Of a DNA stretch of 64,000 nucleotides, positions 32,981-46,203 are shown one piece after another. This DNA comes from Macrostomum lignano (lineage: Eukaryota). The number at the start of each line of letters is the position of its first letter. Within the stretch, counting starts at the first letter, position 1. Below the pieces are notes generated by a model. It saw nothing but the letters and a program-made list of their open reading frames with translations. It made no database searches and was not told the origin of the DNA. Both the position numbers and the translations under genes were made by a program. The DNA lies in the NCBI GenBank assembly GCA_002269645.1, contig NIVC01001332.1:124001-188000 (forward strand). The letters run 5' to 3'.

Positions 32981-34689
32981 TAGGTCTAGGAACCCACTCT
33001 TCACGAGTAGAGTTTTCTAAGAAAGGCCTTCGTACGAAAAGCCTTTTTAAAATTTTACGCATATTTTCATTTTAAACAAACTTAAATTATACCTTCAAAT
33101 ATAGTAATGCAAAATTAACGTTTTTAGCGATAATTTATACTAATTTGATTTACTGTTAATTTTAAAGAGCAAAAAGTTTATCACTGACTTTCTAGACTAT
33201 ACAAATCTCCTTTATTTTACGTAAAATTGTTAATTTGCATTACAATTTTTCATGCATGTCAGGGACCTTATGCGCCGCAATTATGCGCCGCATGCGCTAG
33301 GGACCTCAGTGTGCGCCATGATTGTGCGCCAAGTGCGCCAAGGACCCCTTGTGTGCGCCGCGCTTGTGCGCCAATGTGCGCCGAGACCCTTTGTGTGCGC
33401 GGGAATTTCCCCCTCAGAGGCCACCTTCCTGACTGGATTCCATTGACTTGTATTATTTTCCTAGGCAAAGTTATGTAAAAGAATAGTTTGTAAGTCGCAA
33501 GAAAAGTTTTTATATTGTGACAGGCCTTTTGGCTCTGTATTTCTAAATTCCTTAATATTGATCCTAGTGTCTATTAAATATCCTACGAGCTGCCACCAAA
33601 GTTGTCGTAGGGGTGTTCCTGTCTGCTAACTAAGCCTAAAGTTTATCCTAATTGCACTTCTATTTTCACTCCTTAACTGTTTCTTAGGATTTCATTTGAA
33701 TATACTGGTAGCATTTTATGTATTAGTCTGGTAGCGTCTTATATATTAGGCTAGGCCTAGTCTGGTAGCATCTTGAGCGGTCTAGTACTGGTACATGAAC
33801 TTATTAGATTGTCCTAGTCAGGCATTCACCGGGATTAGAGGGTCACAGCACAACTCTCTGAATTTCCTTTGTATATCTCCCAATCCCTTCTCTTAGCAAT
33901 TTTCTAAGCAGTGTTGACTGTTGCTCCCTCTCTTTAAAATAACTAACTCAATAAGATTTCAAAGTTTATCTGAGAATATAGAATGAACCAATGTTATAGA
34001 GCACGAATATTTTGAGAGCAAGAAAAGGTTACTTTTATTTGGGCAAAAATCACTCGCATATATAGGATTTGGGAAGGCTAAGTTATAACAAAAATGATTT
34101 ACTATTTTACTATTATAGTAAATTATTACTATAATAATTTATTATTTATTATTTGCTATTTAATACAAATTAGAATAGTGTTTCTTAGTTTTTGCGCTAA
34201 TTCAGTTTTACTGTAGTTTAAGCAATTTTCGCATATATAATAGGATCAACAAAGTTATAATGATCTATTAAGGTATAATTATAGAACAGACATTCTATCA
34301 TAGGCACTAGCAAATGAATTATTAAGGTATTATAGAGACATTTTATACGCACTGGTATAATATGATTAGTTAATATTTGAACAAAATTTAGAGCAGCAAC
34401 CTTAGGTTAGCCACAATATCAAATATATGGAACTGTGGAGCAACAAATATACAAGTTCTCAAGACTGCAAATTGGCTAGAAAGATGATGTGATCAAAGCA
34501 ATCAACAAATAGGCCACAAAATGAAACAACCATGAGAGTACTACATCCCTTAAGAGTACAACTGGGAGAGTACATGAGAATACAACTGGCTTTTGAAGCA
34601 GGGATTGACAGATTTTTAGGTCTACCTCAAAGGCCAGATAAAGAATTCAGCTAGGGCCTAATGGTTGCAGGGGCAAATAAAAGTGAAAA

Positions 34690-35245
34690 GAAAAATATAT
34701 AGACAATAAAGAGAAAAGAGAGGTGAGAGAGGGGATAAGATAATAGATAAAATATAAGAGTAGATAGGAGGGTAAAGAGAGAAAAAGAGGGTAGAGAAGG
34801 GGGAAGAGGAGTACAGGGACAAAAGAGGGAAAAGAGGCAAATAAAAAAGACAAGAAGAGAAAGAGGAGAAATGAGATAAGAGAGAGAAAAAAGATAAAAG
34901 AAAAGAAAAGAGAGAGGAGAAAGATGAGAGTAAAGATGGGAAAGCAAAGAACAGATGAGAGTAAGAGAAGGAAGATTAAAGAGAAGAGATAATAGGGGAG
35001 AAAGTTAAGAAAAGAAAAAAAAGAGGAGATAGAGGGAATAACAAAGGAAAGAAAAAAGAAGAGGAAAAAGATAAGAGAGCCCAAAGAGGATATAGGAAAG
35101 AGTAGAAAAATAGAATCAAGATGAGAGAGAAAAGAAAACAGGAGAATGGGAAGAATAGATAGGAGATGAAAGGAGAGATCAGAAGAGAGGAGAGAGAAAA
35201 GAGGAGACAAAAAAAGATAGAAGTTTCAAAGGACCCAAAGGACAT
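34690..35245. repeat. Purine-rich low-complexity tract ending AAGTTTCAAAGGACCC; a similar tract at 45255-45480 has the same ending
   Basis: Directly visible; the F/L/S-rich ORFs are artefacts of this tract. Confidence 0.8.
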
Positions 35246-36759
35246 AGATTTAGAGGCAAGAGGCCAGAATTTGCCTATATAGGCCTTAGACAGACGTTGC
35301 CTGCCTGTCATTGTTACATTACCAAATTAAATCTCCTTTATTTTGGGATTAGTCAAATAGTCTCCTTTATTTTACTTTCTGAAAATGTGTGAGCACCCTG
35401 CTATTAGTATTATCTTATAGTCCTAATAAACAGTTTCCCACTAGGCTGATATTTGTTTTATTAATTTTTTTTCTTATTTCAATACTTATCCATTAAGATA
35501 GAGCCGTATTATATATGTCTTGCTAAAAAACTCTCAATTCTATACTTTGTCTATGGTCTATAGGCCCTATTTGATAATGTATACATAGCCAGGCATAGGC
35601 ATGGCTTAGCCTAACTATAGAATTTAGCTGTTTCAATAAAGGTAATCAGGCCTAGCCTAAGTTAAAAAATATAATTAGGCTAAGTTATAAAAATGTATAA
35701 GTTCTTTATATGTTATAACTAGGAACTAGTTTTTTTAGTTTCTATAGTTTGCCATTTTATAGTTAGGCTTATACTAAATAAAGTAGGCCTATGCCAATAT
35801 ACTTTATTGGCAAACTATAGGCTTATTGGCTTATGCCAATTTTATATTTATTTATATATAATTCTATGACTCAAATATCTCAAAGTAAAGGAAACTAAAG
35901 CAAGGCAGTTTATTGGACTAATTTGTATTCATGTTTTGGAATTTTTATTGCAATATTAGGTTTATTATTATGTTATTAGCCTAATATTTTAAGCATTTTT
36001 GTGGTAAAAATAAATTTATGTTTTTTTTTTAATTAGCTATTTACCATAAAATACACTCAACAACATGTTTGAGTTTCCACCCCAAAGCCAATAGCCAACT
36101 GTTCTCATATCTTAGCTGTAGATGACACATAGATGTCATAGACCATGCCCATGGTTCTCATCTTAACAATTTTGGCATGCAAATTAATGCTGTCTACTAT
36201 ACTGTTTATTAGCATATTGATGATTTAGCATACATTTTGTTACCAAGCAAGTGCTCTTAGAAGTTAGTAATATATTACTAGTATAAAGTTAATTATTTGT
36301 CCTATTGACACAATTATTTTGCCCGTTAGAAACCATAAATTCAAATAAAAAAATATTATTAAAACCAAGTTACATGATTTGGGAGACCCCTTGTTTACTT
36401 TGATTTCAAATAGGCTATATCTAAAGCTTAGTGGATCAATCAATTGGTAGTCAGGGTTTAATGTTTATCTCCTCATAGATGGCTGCCAACTCAAATGCAA
36501 CACATATATCAATGCAGAATTTTCCTACACAACAAATAAGCTATTTTAATGTTGAAATTTAAAGTAGTTTTATAGTTTGTTGATTCCCTCCAAAAAACAA
36601 CAACTTTTTCGGACATTCCATAGTCTCAGTTGGAAAAAAATGAGCCATTTTCACAGAAAATTTTGTGGCCATATCAGTTTGAAACTGCAGTGCTATGCAA
36701 CTCAAAACAGCAAAATTTTTCCCAGGCAACATTGCCCATAGAAAACAGAAAGAGTGGGG

Positions 36760-37984
36760 CATGGACTTCTATACTTAGCATCTGGACAGGAAGCGAAAAA
36801 ATTCGCGTTACCATATGAGGCCATCAGAAATGTATTTAATTTTTTATTGCGAGGCAACAATGCAAATTCAAACTGATTAATTTTATATTCAGACAGGACT
36901 ACTTGTGATTGGGAACAAATTATATACATGTTGTTATATATATTAGCACTGTGCAGAGAAAAAAATGCGTGTGTGCATATGTCAATTGAACAAGTTGGTA
37001 AGAAACAAGAGTAGGCAGTATTAACAAAGGACTGAACAGCTTAGATGTGACACAAAAGCAGGTCAGTGGTGTGTCAGACAGATTGAAAAGCATCATCAAC
37101 ACAAATCAAAGTTGTTAGTATGAACTGCCACTGGAAAGTTTAGCCAATTTTCGCTTACTTTTGGCTCCAGCTCCACCAACCAAAATATCTTTGATCAAAT
37201 TCTTCATCATGCCGTTGAAAAATGTGCAAATAATTCCCTCTTTTACATCATGGTCAGCCGTGCACATCATTTGACCCATGAAATGTTCAAGGTAAATGCT
37301 GTCCTCCATCAGCTTGTCAACAATGTGACAGAACAGTTGCATCTGGTTGGGCGCAGTCAGCAGCCTTCTGCGCAGTTCATTGCTTTGCCGAATCTCTTCA
37401 AACACCTGCCAGCAGTGTGTGGCCAGCCTAAAGGCAACTATTGACAGCTTGGACAGGCCACCCCAATTGATCTCCTCCAAGAAGGCAATTGCCATGGTCT
37501 GGATTTCTTCATCACTCTCAAAGGGCGGTAGGTTGTCAGAGTCGAGCAGAAGTTTGCTGCAAGACGTGCATCCTCGCTTCCTTTGCACAAATTTCTTAGC
37601 AACTGCTCCACTTACATAGTAGACAACGGTGCAGTCCGATCTCAATGGCTAGATGTTCATCTCCATCTTGCTTGCAAACTCTAACGCCAGTTCCTTTATG
37701 TGCTGATCCTTGGCGCAGATTGACTTAATAGCATTGTCTATATTGGTCAGTGACAGCTAAGAAAACTAAGAGAATGCAGCTGAATGCCAAACACTTATTC
37801 ACCATAACGAAGGATATGCTTTCATTATGCAGAGTCAAATGAAGAAAGTGAGTTTAGTTGTATTCGATATAAGCTGCAGCAGTTTTTGATAAATGCATAT
37901 CTATGGAAACAATTGGCCTCATGTGGTAATTTTTTGCGCAAATTTTTTCGTTTCCAGTCCAGATGCTAAGTATAAAAGTCCATG
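36760..37984 (-). mobile_element. Internally deleted P-superfamily (THAP9-like) DNA transposon, 1225 bp
   Basis: CATG...CATG termini; ~65-bp imperfect TIRs (CATGGACTTYTATACTTAGCATCTGGAC...); 7-bp TSD AGTGGGG at 36753-36759 and 37985-37991. Confidence 0.85.
37115..37740 (-). pseudogene. C-terminal remnant of a P-element/THAP9-type transposase
   Basis: YYVSGAVAKK..C..C..LL...INWGGLSK.S motif typical of P-transposase C-termini; in-frame TAG at ~37649-37651; no N-terminal or catalytic region present. Confidence 0.7.
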
Positions 37985-38601
37985 AGTGGGGCCTTATGAG
38001 AAGTAGCCAAATTTAGCAGCAGAAGTTTAAAAGTCTTCAGTTCTAAACTTTTTAAAGTCTTTTTGCCATAGACAAAAAATGTAATTTTCAATCTCAAGGT
38101 ATAGACTTTCATTTACAATAGAGCTACATAAGGCTTTAAATAAAGCTATTAGTTATCCATGTGTAAAATTTTTTGGTAAAAATTTCAGGCTTAAATGTTC
38201 ATCCAATCAAAAGTTATAAAATTCTCATTACTTATGAAACACCCCTCATATTGTTTGTAATGCCTATATGTAAACAGAATTACATTGACTACTATCTGAA
38301 AGTCAATCTGAGAAGTTTATAAGCCAATGAGGAAAATGCATCGCTTGTGTACAACAAGGCATTAATGGTAAAATTAATGGCTTCTACTTTATATAACAAG
38401 GCATTAGATGGTAAAATGCATGGCTTGTACTTTATACAGCAAGGCATTGATTAGATTAAAAATGCATCGCTTGTGTACAACAAGGCATTTGATAGTAAAA
38501 TGGAGAAGGTCAAATTGTTAGTGAGATACTTAAATTTGTATTTCTGTTTATTTATAAATGAAATTTATATCTGGTTGAAGTGGTGGGATATATCCTGTCA
38601 C

Positions 38602-39929
38602 GGGTCTATGAAATTTGCTAGCAGGAAATCTGCTAGCCGAAGTTTGCTAGCGAGAAATTTGCTTGCCGAAATCTGCTAGCCGAAGTTTGCTAGCCGAAGT
38701 TTGCTAGCCAAAATGTGCTAGCCAAAATGTGCTAGCCAACTTTTGCTAGCTGAAATCTGCTAGCCGAAATCTGCTAGACAAAATCTGCTAGCCAAAGTTT
38801 GCTAGCCGAAATCCGCTAGCCAAAATCTGCTAGCCAAAATCTGCTAGCCGAAGTTTGCTAGCAGGAATTTTGCTAGTGAGGATTTTGCTAGCCGAAATCT
38901 GCTAGCGATAATCTAACCAAAACCGGCAAACAGCAATTTACAAAGTTGTAATTTGCTAGAGACATTTTTTCTTGTCCAATCTGGACGACTTAATCTGCCG
39001 CCTAGCCTTCGCCGTGGGTTCTCGTACATGTACGTGTTAAAACGCAATCATAGACAAAAAGAAAATAAGATTTAGGTTTTAACGTAGGTGGATTGAAAAG
39101 TTCATATACAAGCTATTGAATAAAGTGTATATATAATACATCCATGATCACAGGGTAAGAGCTTGTGGGCCACACCTGCATAGAGTTTTTGCTTGTACAC
39201 AGTGCCGTAAGCGATGGAAAATATCTATATATTAACAATACATATAGCTATAGTAAATTGTACCTTGGACATACATGTATCTAGCTATAGATACTGTAGT
39301 ATACCAACATGTGTGTTACTGTATGCTAAAGTACTGTATATGCTAAAACTGCACTTGTAAATTGTCAAAATCATTTATATTTTTTTTGTCCTATTTTACT
39401 TGTAGACATTTGATAATGTTTTAGCATTATTAGCTATAAGGCCGTAGTTCAGGTAGCTCAGGCAGCTGTAGTTCAGGTAGTTAAATTTAAACTTATCTAT
39501 ACACACAACTTTTAGTCTTAATGGCTGGTAGTGGCAGTATATGGTATATAAGTTATATATTTACTCGTACGAATCAAAGCAGCTCAAATCGGAATCAAAA
39601 CACAGCAAATAACATGCAACAGCTACGAGAGCAAGGCAGCTAGCAAAATCCTTGCTAGCAAAATTCCTGCTAGCAAACTTTGGCTAGCAGATTTCGGCTA
39701 GCAGATTTTGGCTAGCGGATTTCGGCTAGCAAACTTTGGCTAGCACATTTCGGCTAGCACATTTTGGCTAGCACATTTCAGCTAGCAAAATTCGGCTAGC
39801 ACATTTCGGCTAGCACATTTCGGCTAGCACATTTTGGCTAGCAAACTTCGGCTAGCAGATTTTGGCAAGCAAATTTCTCGCTAGCAAACTTTGGCTAGCA
39901 GATTTCCTGCTAGCAGATCTCGTACTCCC
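38602..39929. mobile_element. Foldback-type non-autonomous TIR element (1328 bp) with arms made of 14-bp GCTAGCCGAAATCT subrepeats
   Basis: Arms at 38602-38910 and 39640-39929 are inverted copies; GGG...CCC ends; 8-bp TSD CCTGTCAC at 38594-38601 and 39930-39937. Confidence 0.88.
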
Positions 39930-40282
39930 CCTGTCACTAGGCTCCTAAAAATATTATACAGACAAAAATCAAAGCGACACTTTTAAGTCTCTTCTAGCTA
40001 TTCTACTCGTAGCTCGCAGATGGAATGAAAATCTCCATCATTCAATGTTCATAGACGATGGACATCTAGGGTTCAATGTTCTGCTTGTAGACAACTGCCC
40101 TCACAACTTGGCATGACTGTATTAGGTTCTTTAATGCTGATGCATTTTGTCTACAATAGACATCATCAGGGTTCACTAAATTTATCAAATGAAGTCATCT
40201 ACTAATGTGTCATGACTCATTTGATCATAAATCTTTGCTGTACAACCATAAAATTGACTGCATGTCAATATGAAAATATCGA

Positions 40283-40503
40283 CAAGCGGCAACGCTGTGT
40301 CTGGCAGCAGCCAAACCTGGATCTTGACAAGCGACACTGTGCCTGGCAGCAGCCAAACCTGGATCTTGACAAGCAACACTGTGCCTGGCAGCAGCCAAAC
40401 CTAGATCTTGACAGGCGGCAATGCTGTGCCTGGCAGCAGCCAAACCTGGATCTCGACAAGTGGCAATGCTGTGCCTGGCAGCAGCCAAACCTGGATCTTG
40501 ACA
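40283..40503. repeat. 39/42-bp tandem repeat (TGTGCCTGGCAGCAGCCAAACCTGGATCTTGACAAGC...)
   Basis: About 5 units. Confidence 0.92.
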
Positions 40504-41069
40504 ACTTAAGCTTCCTTTTTTAAGACTGCCAATGCTCGCAGTTTGCTTCTGCTGCTTTGGTCTTAAGAAGGGCCTTTTGATTGGCATCAAGACAAGCAAA
40601 AGCAGCCTTTACAGCTGGCATACAATGTGTGTGAAATATCAAGAGCAAGTAGAGATGAGTAAGCAAATTTCTATAAAACCTAAAAAATTCTGACAGTTAA
40701 ATTACAAATCAACCATTCAAGGGAGCACAACATACTAAAGTTATTTGATCCCTGCATCTGTTCTCCTATAAAAACATCCCAAGCAGACACTTGACAAGCC
40801 ATTGATCACAACAAAAAATCTAATCAGGCATTTACTGGACTACAATTTTGATTCCCAAGAATATAGGAAAATAAAATATAGGGAATTTTTAATGAGGAAG
40901 GTGATGATTGATTAATAACAGAAAAACGTAAGAGAAGCAAGCAGAGAGAAAGAAGTTGTGAGGGAAATGAAAGATAAATGATTATAGCCACATACTCCCA
41001 CTATCCAAAAAGACAAGGGTGAAGGGAAAGAATGTAAAGGTTGGAAAGGAATGTTAGCAGTACAGGTAG

Positions 41070-41720
41070 AAGGCAAGAGATTAGGGCAGAGAGGAAGGCA
41101 AGAGATTAGGGCAGAGTGGAAGGCAAGAGATTATGGCAGAGTAGAAGCAAGAGATTAGGGCAGAGTGGAAGGTACAAGGTACAAATTTGGAAGGGGAAAC
41201 CAGAAAGCAGATGGAAAGGAGAAAACAGAAAGCAGATGGAAGGGAAAACCAGAAAGCTGGTGAAAGGGGAAACCAGAAAGCAGAAAGCTGGTGAAAGGGG
41301 AAACCAGAAAGCAGAAAGAAGGTGGAAGGGGAAGGCAAAAGGAGGTGGAAAGAGAAAGTAGAAAGCAGGTGGAAGGGGAAACCAGAAAGCAAATAGAAGG
41401 GGAAATCAGAAAGCAGGTAGAAGAGGAAAGCAGAAAGCAGGTGGAAGGGGAAATCAGAAAGCAGGTGGAAGGGAAAGGCAGAAAGCAGGTAGAAGGGGAA
41501 AGCAGAAAGCAGGTGGAAGGGGAAAGCAGAAAGGAGGTGGAATAGGAAAGCAGATGGAAAGGGAAAGCAGAAAGCAGATGGAAGGGGAAAGCAGAAAGGA
41601 GGTGGAAGGGGAAGGCAGAAAGCAGGTAGAAGGGGAAAGCAGAAAGCAGGTGGAAGGGGAAAGCAGAAAGGAGGTGGAATAGGAAAACAGATGGAAAGGG
41701 AAAGCAGAAATTGAATAAAA
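41070..41720. repeat. Purine-rich ~24-bp degenerate minisatellite (GAAAGCAGGTGGAAGGGGAAAGCA)
   Basis: Directly visible. Confidence 0.88.
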
Positions 41721-44700
41721 AATGAAAAGATAACAAGTAGACAAAATAAGAAAAAAGGTAAGTAGGTTGTAATAGAAGAAATGGTTAAATAACAAATATG
41801 GAAAGCTAATACATAGAAAAGAATAAAGAAAAGGAAGCAAGAAGCTAATTGAAAGGATAGCAAAATGCACATTGAAGCAGGTAAAAGTGGAGGCAAGTAG
41901 GCCTAGAATAAAATTAAAAAAATAAGTAGAAGAGAGATAAGAAAGGGAGAGAAGGCTACAAGTAAAGCAGTTTTTTAGCTAAAATAACAGAACCTAAAGC
42001 AATATAAATGTCCTAGGTTCTAAGCCAAGACAAATTATAGGAAATACTTTATTAGCATTATAAACATACTTGGGGTTCTAGACATTAAATAAAAAATTTC
42101 AAAAAATTTATTTAACTTTGCTTTTTATTTATGATTACGCATAAACATTGTTATTTCTATCCCTTTAAACCATTAACTTGCCTTAGCTTTCAACAAATTA
42201 TATAAAAATCTGTATCTTAGCCAAATATATTATTGTGTACAAAGTAATAAATAATCAATAATAATAATAATAATAACAATTAATAATACTAATAGCCAAG
42301 CTTAGCAAATAAATACTTTAACTATAATCATGCATACAAATACAACAAATAAAAAAGTGTAGAATTTGGACTTGGAAGTATAGCCTTAGCCAATTATTAA
42401 AATTTTATACATTAGCTAGCTAGTATCAAAATCTATTAAATGGATTAGACCTTGAAAAACTCAATAGATCTATGTAAAATTTGTAATTATAAATAAAAAG
42501 TCTATGTGTAAATAATTTTGGCCTTATATTGATTGTTATTGGATAAGCATTTTTGCATTTAGTATAGGCTTTGGCCTAGCTAGCCTATAGCCTACTGAAT
42601 AGGCCTAATTTTATTATACAATAGGCCCCTATCTAATATCTATCTATCTAAAACTCACTCTAACCAACAAACAGACTAGTATTTTACAATTTATGGTAAA
42701 TGCCTTGCCCTTGACTAGACATATAGGCCTATTTATAAAAAACAAGAGAAATAACTTCAATATACTATAAAAATTATATTAATTGGTAATCCTGATATTT
42801 CACATTACTGAATTTTTGCAGCATTGATCAAAATTTAGGTTAGTTAGCTCAAAAAGTAAAAAAATCATTTTCTAAGTGCAACAACACTTAAGTTTATTAG
42901 GCCTAAATTATAATATAAAGCATTTATAGACCTAATTCGACTTCAAATGCATTTTACAGTGTTTGATAAAAGCCTAGACTAGAACTATGTGGACAGACAT
43001 TGACTTGTCATTTAATCAGCAATTCTGAGAAGACTGTTCTGTGCCCACCACAACACAGACTATGGCTATGCCTATTTATTATATGTTGGCTTATACCCTC
43101 ATACATGCAGGATACACTATATAAATCATAGGTGTAGCATCATAATGGCAAACTTTAAAAGGGTGCCACTTTATTTTCTTGATGTAGAACTATAAGGCTT
43201 ACAATGCATGCAACTCTGCACTAGCTGCATGCATTGCTGGGCTAAAAAAGTGTGTATCTCATGAATAGATAGTCCTAACAAGTGGAATACAGTTAAATGT
43301 CTACATGTATCCCTCTAATTTTAGGATGCCAAAAAGTTTACTTTACAAATTGGATCTGGTTCTAGAACCAAAACAGGCAATATGAAAAGGCCCTTGGTTA
43401 AAATTAAAACATCTGTGCATCCTGGCTTTGGGGCTAAATTTTTCAGATTTGTCAATACTACGAGTAATAGGCCGACATCCTTAAAACCTTGTCCTTAGCC
43501 ATTAGGCTAGGGCCTAGTTAAATTTCATGTTGAAGCAAAAACAAGTTTCTATTTTTTCAACATCTTTTCTTTCATATACAACATATGATATGTCTAGGTA
43601 CTAGGCATATATCATCAAATATAAATGTATGATAACTGGATTTTTAATGCTGCTTCCTATTGTCCCTGCCTAACTGCCTTGGAGTCAGACAAAGGTTAGG
43701 CCTAAGTATTTAATTGTTTTATAAGCCTAGAAAATTCTCCATACTATAGAGCCTACCTATTGTAGCAACTATAGCAGCTATGAATAATTAAAGAAAAAAT
43801 TATCACACAAGGCCTTAAATGATATAGAACTATATAATATTAATTATATCAAATAATCAAATAAATATTTTAAAATTTTTCATTTGCATGGTCAAAACTT
43901 TAAATGCAAACTATGAGTATGTAGAAGTTTAAGCAAATTTGCCAAACAAAAGCAAAAAGCATAGAATTTTTTGAAGTTTTTTAGGCCCTATATAGGCCTA
44001 ATTATAAATATTATTGGTATTAAAACTTCAATTTTTTTTGCTATAATTGTAATAGGATATAGTATATGAGGTAATTTAATAAATTAAAGATCAAATATCT
44101 AAATAAAATTATCACTATCTATATTATAATCATGAGATACAATATCTTCCCATTGGGTTTTATTATAATACAAGATCCTAGTATAAGGAGAAGGAAGGGT
44201 ACCATGTGCTAGGTACCCTTACCTAACATATGGTAACCCAGACTTAGCTTGAGTATAACTATAATAGATTTATATAATTTCTTTAATCAAATCTTATAAA
44301 AAATATTGCTACAGGGGTAGAGATAGGAATATGTCCTCCTAATAAATGATGGGAGAAATGCCAGTTTTTGTCTCCCTTTCATTGTCTAAATCAAATTTTT
44401 CAATGTGCCTTTAATACCAAAATAAGTGCCTATTTCACACTTGCAACACTAAAATAAATGCCTAGGGCACCAAAATAAATAGGCCTATTTATAAAGTCAA
44501 GTTAAATGCATATAATGCATAATTGTATTGTATATTATGCAAACTGAGTGCCTCTCTATGGTATCAAAATGTCTACAAAGCTATCAAGCTAAAATGAGTA
44601 CTAACAATATGAATACCTAATATATATAATAATTTTGTTCTGTGAAATTCTTGGCTTTTCCCTTCTTACTATGTCATTAATAGCTATACCCTTAGAAGCT

Positions 44701-45579
44701 GAAACCATTCGCTATTGAGTGTATAAAGTTTAAGCTATAATACTAGTACTAGTATTATGTTTAAAATGGTATTTTTTATATAAATCATAATTTTCTTTTT
44801 TAATATAACTATGTAATTATCAAATAATGCTATTTTACTATAATTTTTAAAAACTACTTTATTCTTAAAACTATTAAAAGTAAAAAATACTTATTTGTAT
44901 TGAGTAAAAGTTATGAATGGGTGCCTCTTTATTTGTTTAGGTTATTGTGTCTTTTTATTAGGCATATGAAAATTTTTGTCTGGTCCAGTAAATTATAAAC
45001 CTTTATAATAACAAAAATGCTTAATTCTTTGATAATTGCAAAAAAACACTTGCACAAGTGATTAAACTGAAAACAGATTTAACAATGGCATACAGAGCAA
45101 ACCTATATTGTGAAAAGCTCTTTAGATATGGCTGTTCAGTCCAAGGTCAGGGTAATTGCGACATACATTCTTAATTACCCCAGCTAATGCTATAAGTTTT
45201 ATAGCCAAGTAAACTAAAGCAATGCAGACTTAAGGTGTTTTTCTCAAGGACACAAATTGAGAGAGGAGAGGAGAGAAGATACAAGAGAAAAAATATAATA
45301 GAGGAGAGGAGAACAAAGACTAAGAGAACAAAGAGGAAAAGTAAAACAAGAGAGATGAGAGGAAAGCAGAAACAAGAAAAGAGAGAAGACGAGAGAGGAG
45401 AGAGGTGAAAAAAAAGAGAGGAAAGAGGAGACAGGAGTGAGGAGTGAGAAGAGACAAAAGAGAAGTTCAAAGGACCCGTACCCAGAGGTTCAAGAATTTT
45501 GAAATCTATTTTCATCATGGCTACTCTGTTAATTAATTAATATTGGCCACAAATCTCTACTCCAGCAGCCGGACTCACA

Positions 45580-46203
45580 ATGGTGAAGCGCAAGAACATC
45601 ATACCGAATGCCCATTTCCACAAGGACTGGCAGCGCTTTGTTCGCACCTGGTTCAACCAGCCCGCTCGCAAGGAACGCCGTCGTAAGGCGCGCGTTGAGA
45701 AAGCGCGCCTTGTAGCGCCAAGGCCAGTGAATGGGCCGCTTCGCCCTGTGGTCCGCTGCCAGACCATCAGGTACAACATGCGGGTCCGCCCCGGCCGCGG
45801 CTTCAGCCTGGACGAGCTCAAGGCCGCCGGCATCAATCGCCGAGTCGCCCAAACCATCGGCATCGCCGTCGATCATCGGCGCAAGAATCGCTCAGCCGAG
45901 AGTCTGCAGCGCAATGCCCAGCGATTGAAGGCCTACCGTGGCAAGCTGATCCTATTCCCGAAGAATCCCAAGGCGCCAAAGGCTGGCGAAGCTTCCGAGG
46001 AGGAGCTCCGGTCTGTTGTACAGCGTCCGCTGCCACCCGTGGTGGCTCCTGGCCGCCGGCTGCGCCGCGTGAAGGCTCGCGTCCAGTCTGAGGACGACAA
46101 GAAGTTCCACGCCTTCCACGCCATCCGCCAGGCCCGGGCTAACAAGCGGCTGGACGGACTGCGCAAGAAGAAGGCGGAACAGGCCGAGAAGGAGAAAAAG
46201 TGA
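45580..46203 (+). CDS. RPL13: 60S ribosomal protein L13 (eL13), intronless CDS, 207 aa
   Basis: Motifs [43 protein letters not shown] and IAVDHRR.NRS.ESLQ.N.QRLK.Y..KLILFP. Confidence 0.98.
   Translation: MVKRKNIIPNAHFHKDWQRFVRTWFNQPARKERRRKARVEKARLVAPRPVNGPLRPVVRCQTIRYNMRVRPGRGFSLDELKAAGINRRVAQTIGIAVDHRRKNRSAESLQRNAQRLKAYRGKLILFPKNPKAPKAGEASEEELRSVVQRPLPPVVAPGRRLRRVKARVQSEDDKKFHAFHAIRQARANKRLDGLRKKKAEQAEKEKK

Larger units (their letters stand above)
27850..45500. other. AT-rich, CpG-poor, transposon-relic block with no intact host CDS seen
   Basis: Abrupt composition change; nested TIR elements; no substantial non-repeat ORFs except a transposase remnant. Confidence 0.8.

Noticed and set aside
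40225-40599. ORFs across the 39/42-bp repeat, and possible CRISPR-like array
   Set aside because: Inter-unit sequence is only 0-3 nt of variation; the ORFs are translations of the repeat.
32340-43395. An 11-kb element bounded by large inverted repeats
   Set aside because: The two homologous blocks occur in the same left-to-right order at both sites although each is inverted, which does not fit TIRs; dispersed copies of a small family are more likely.
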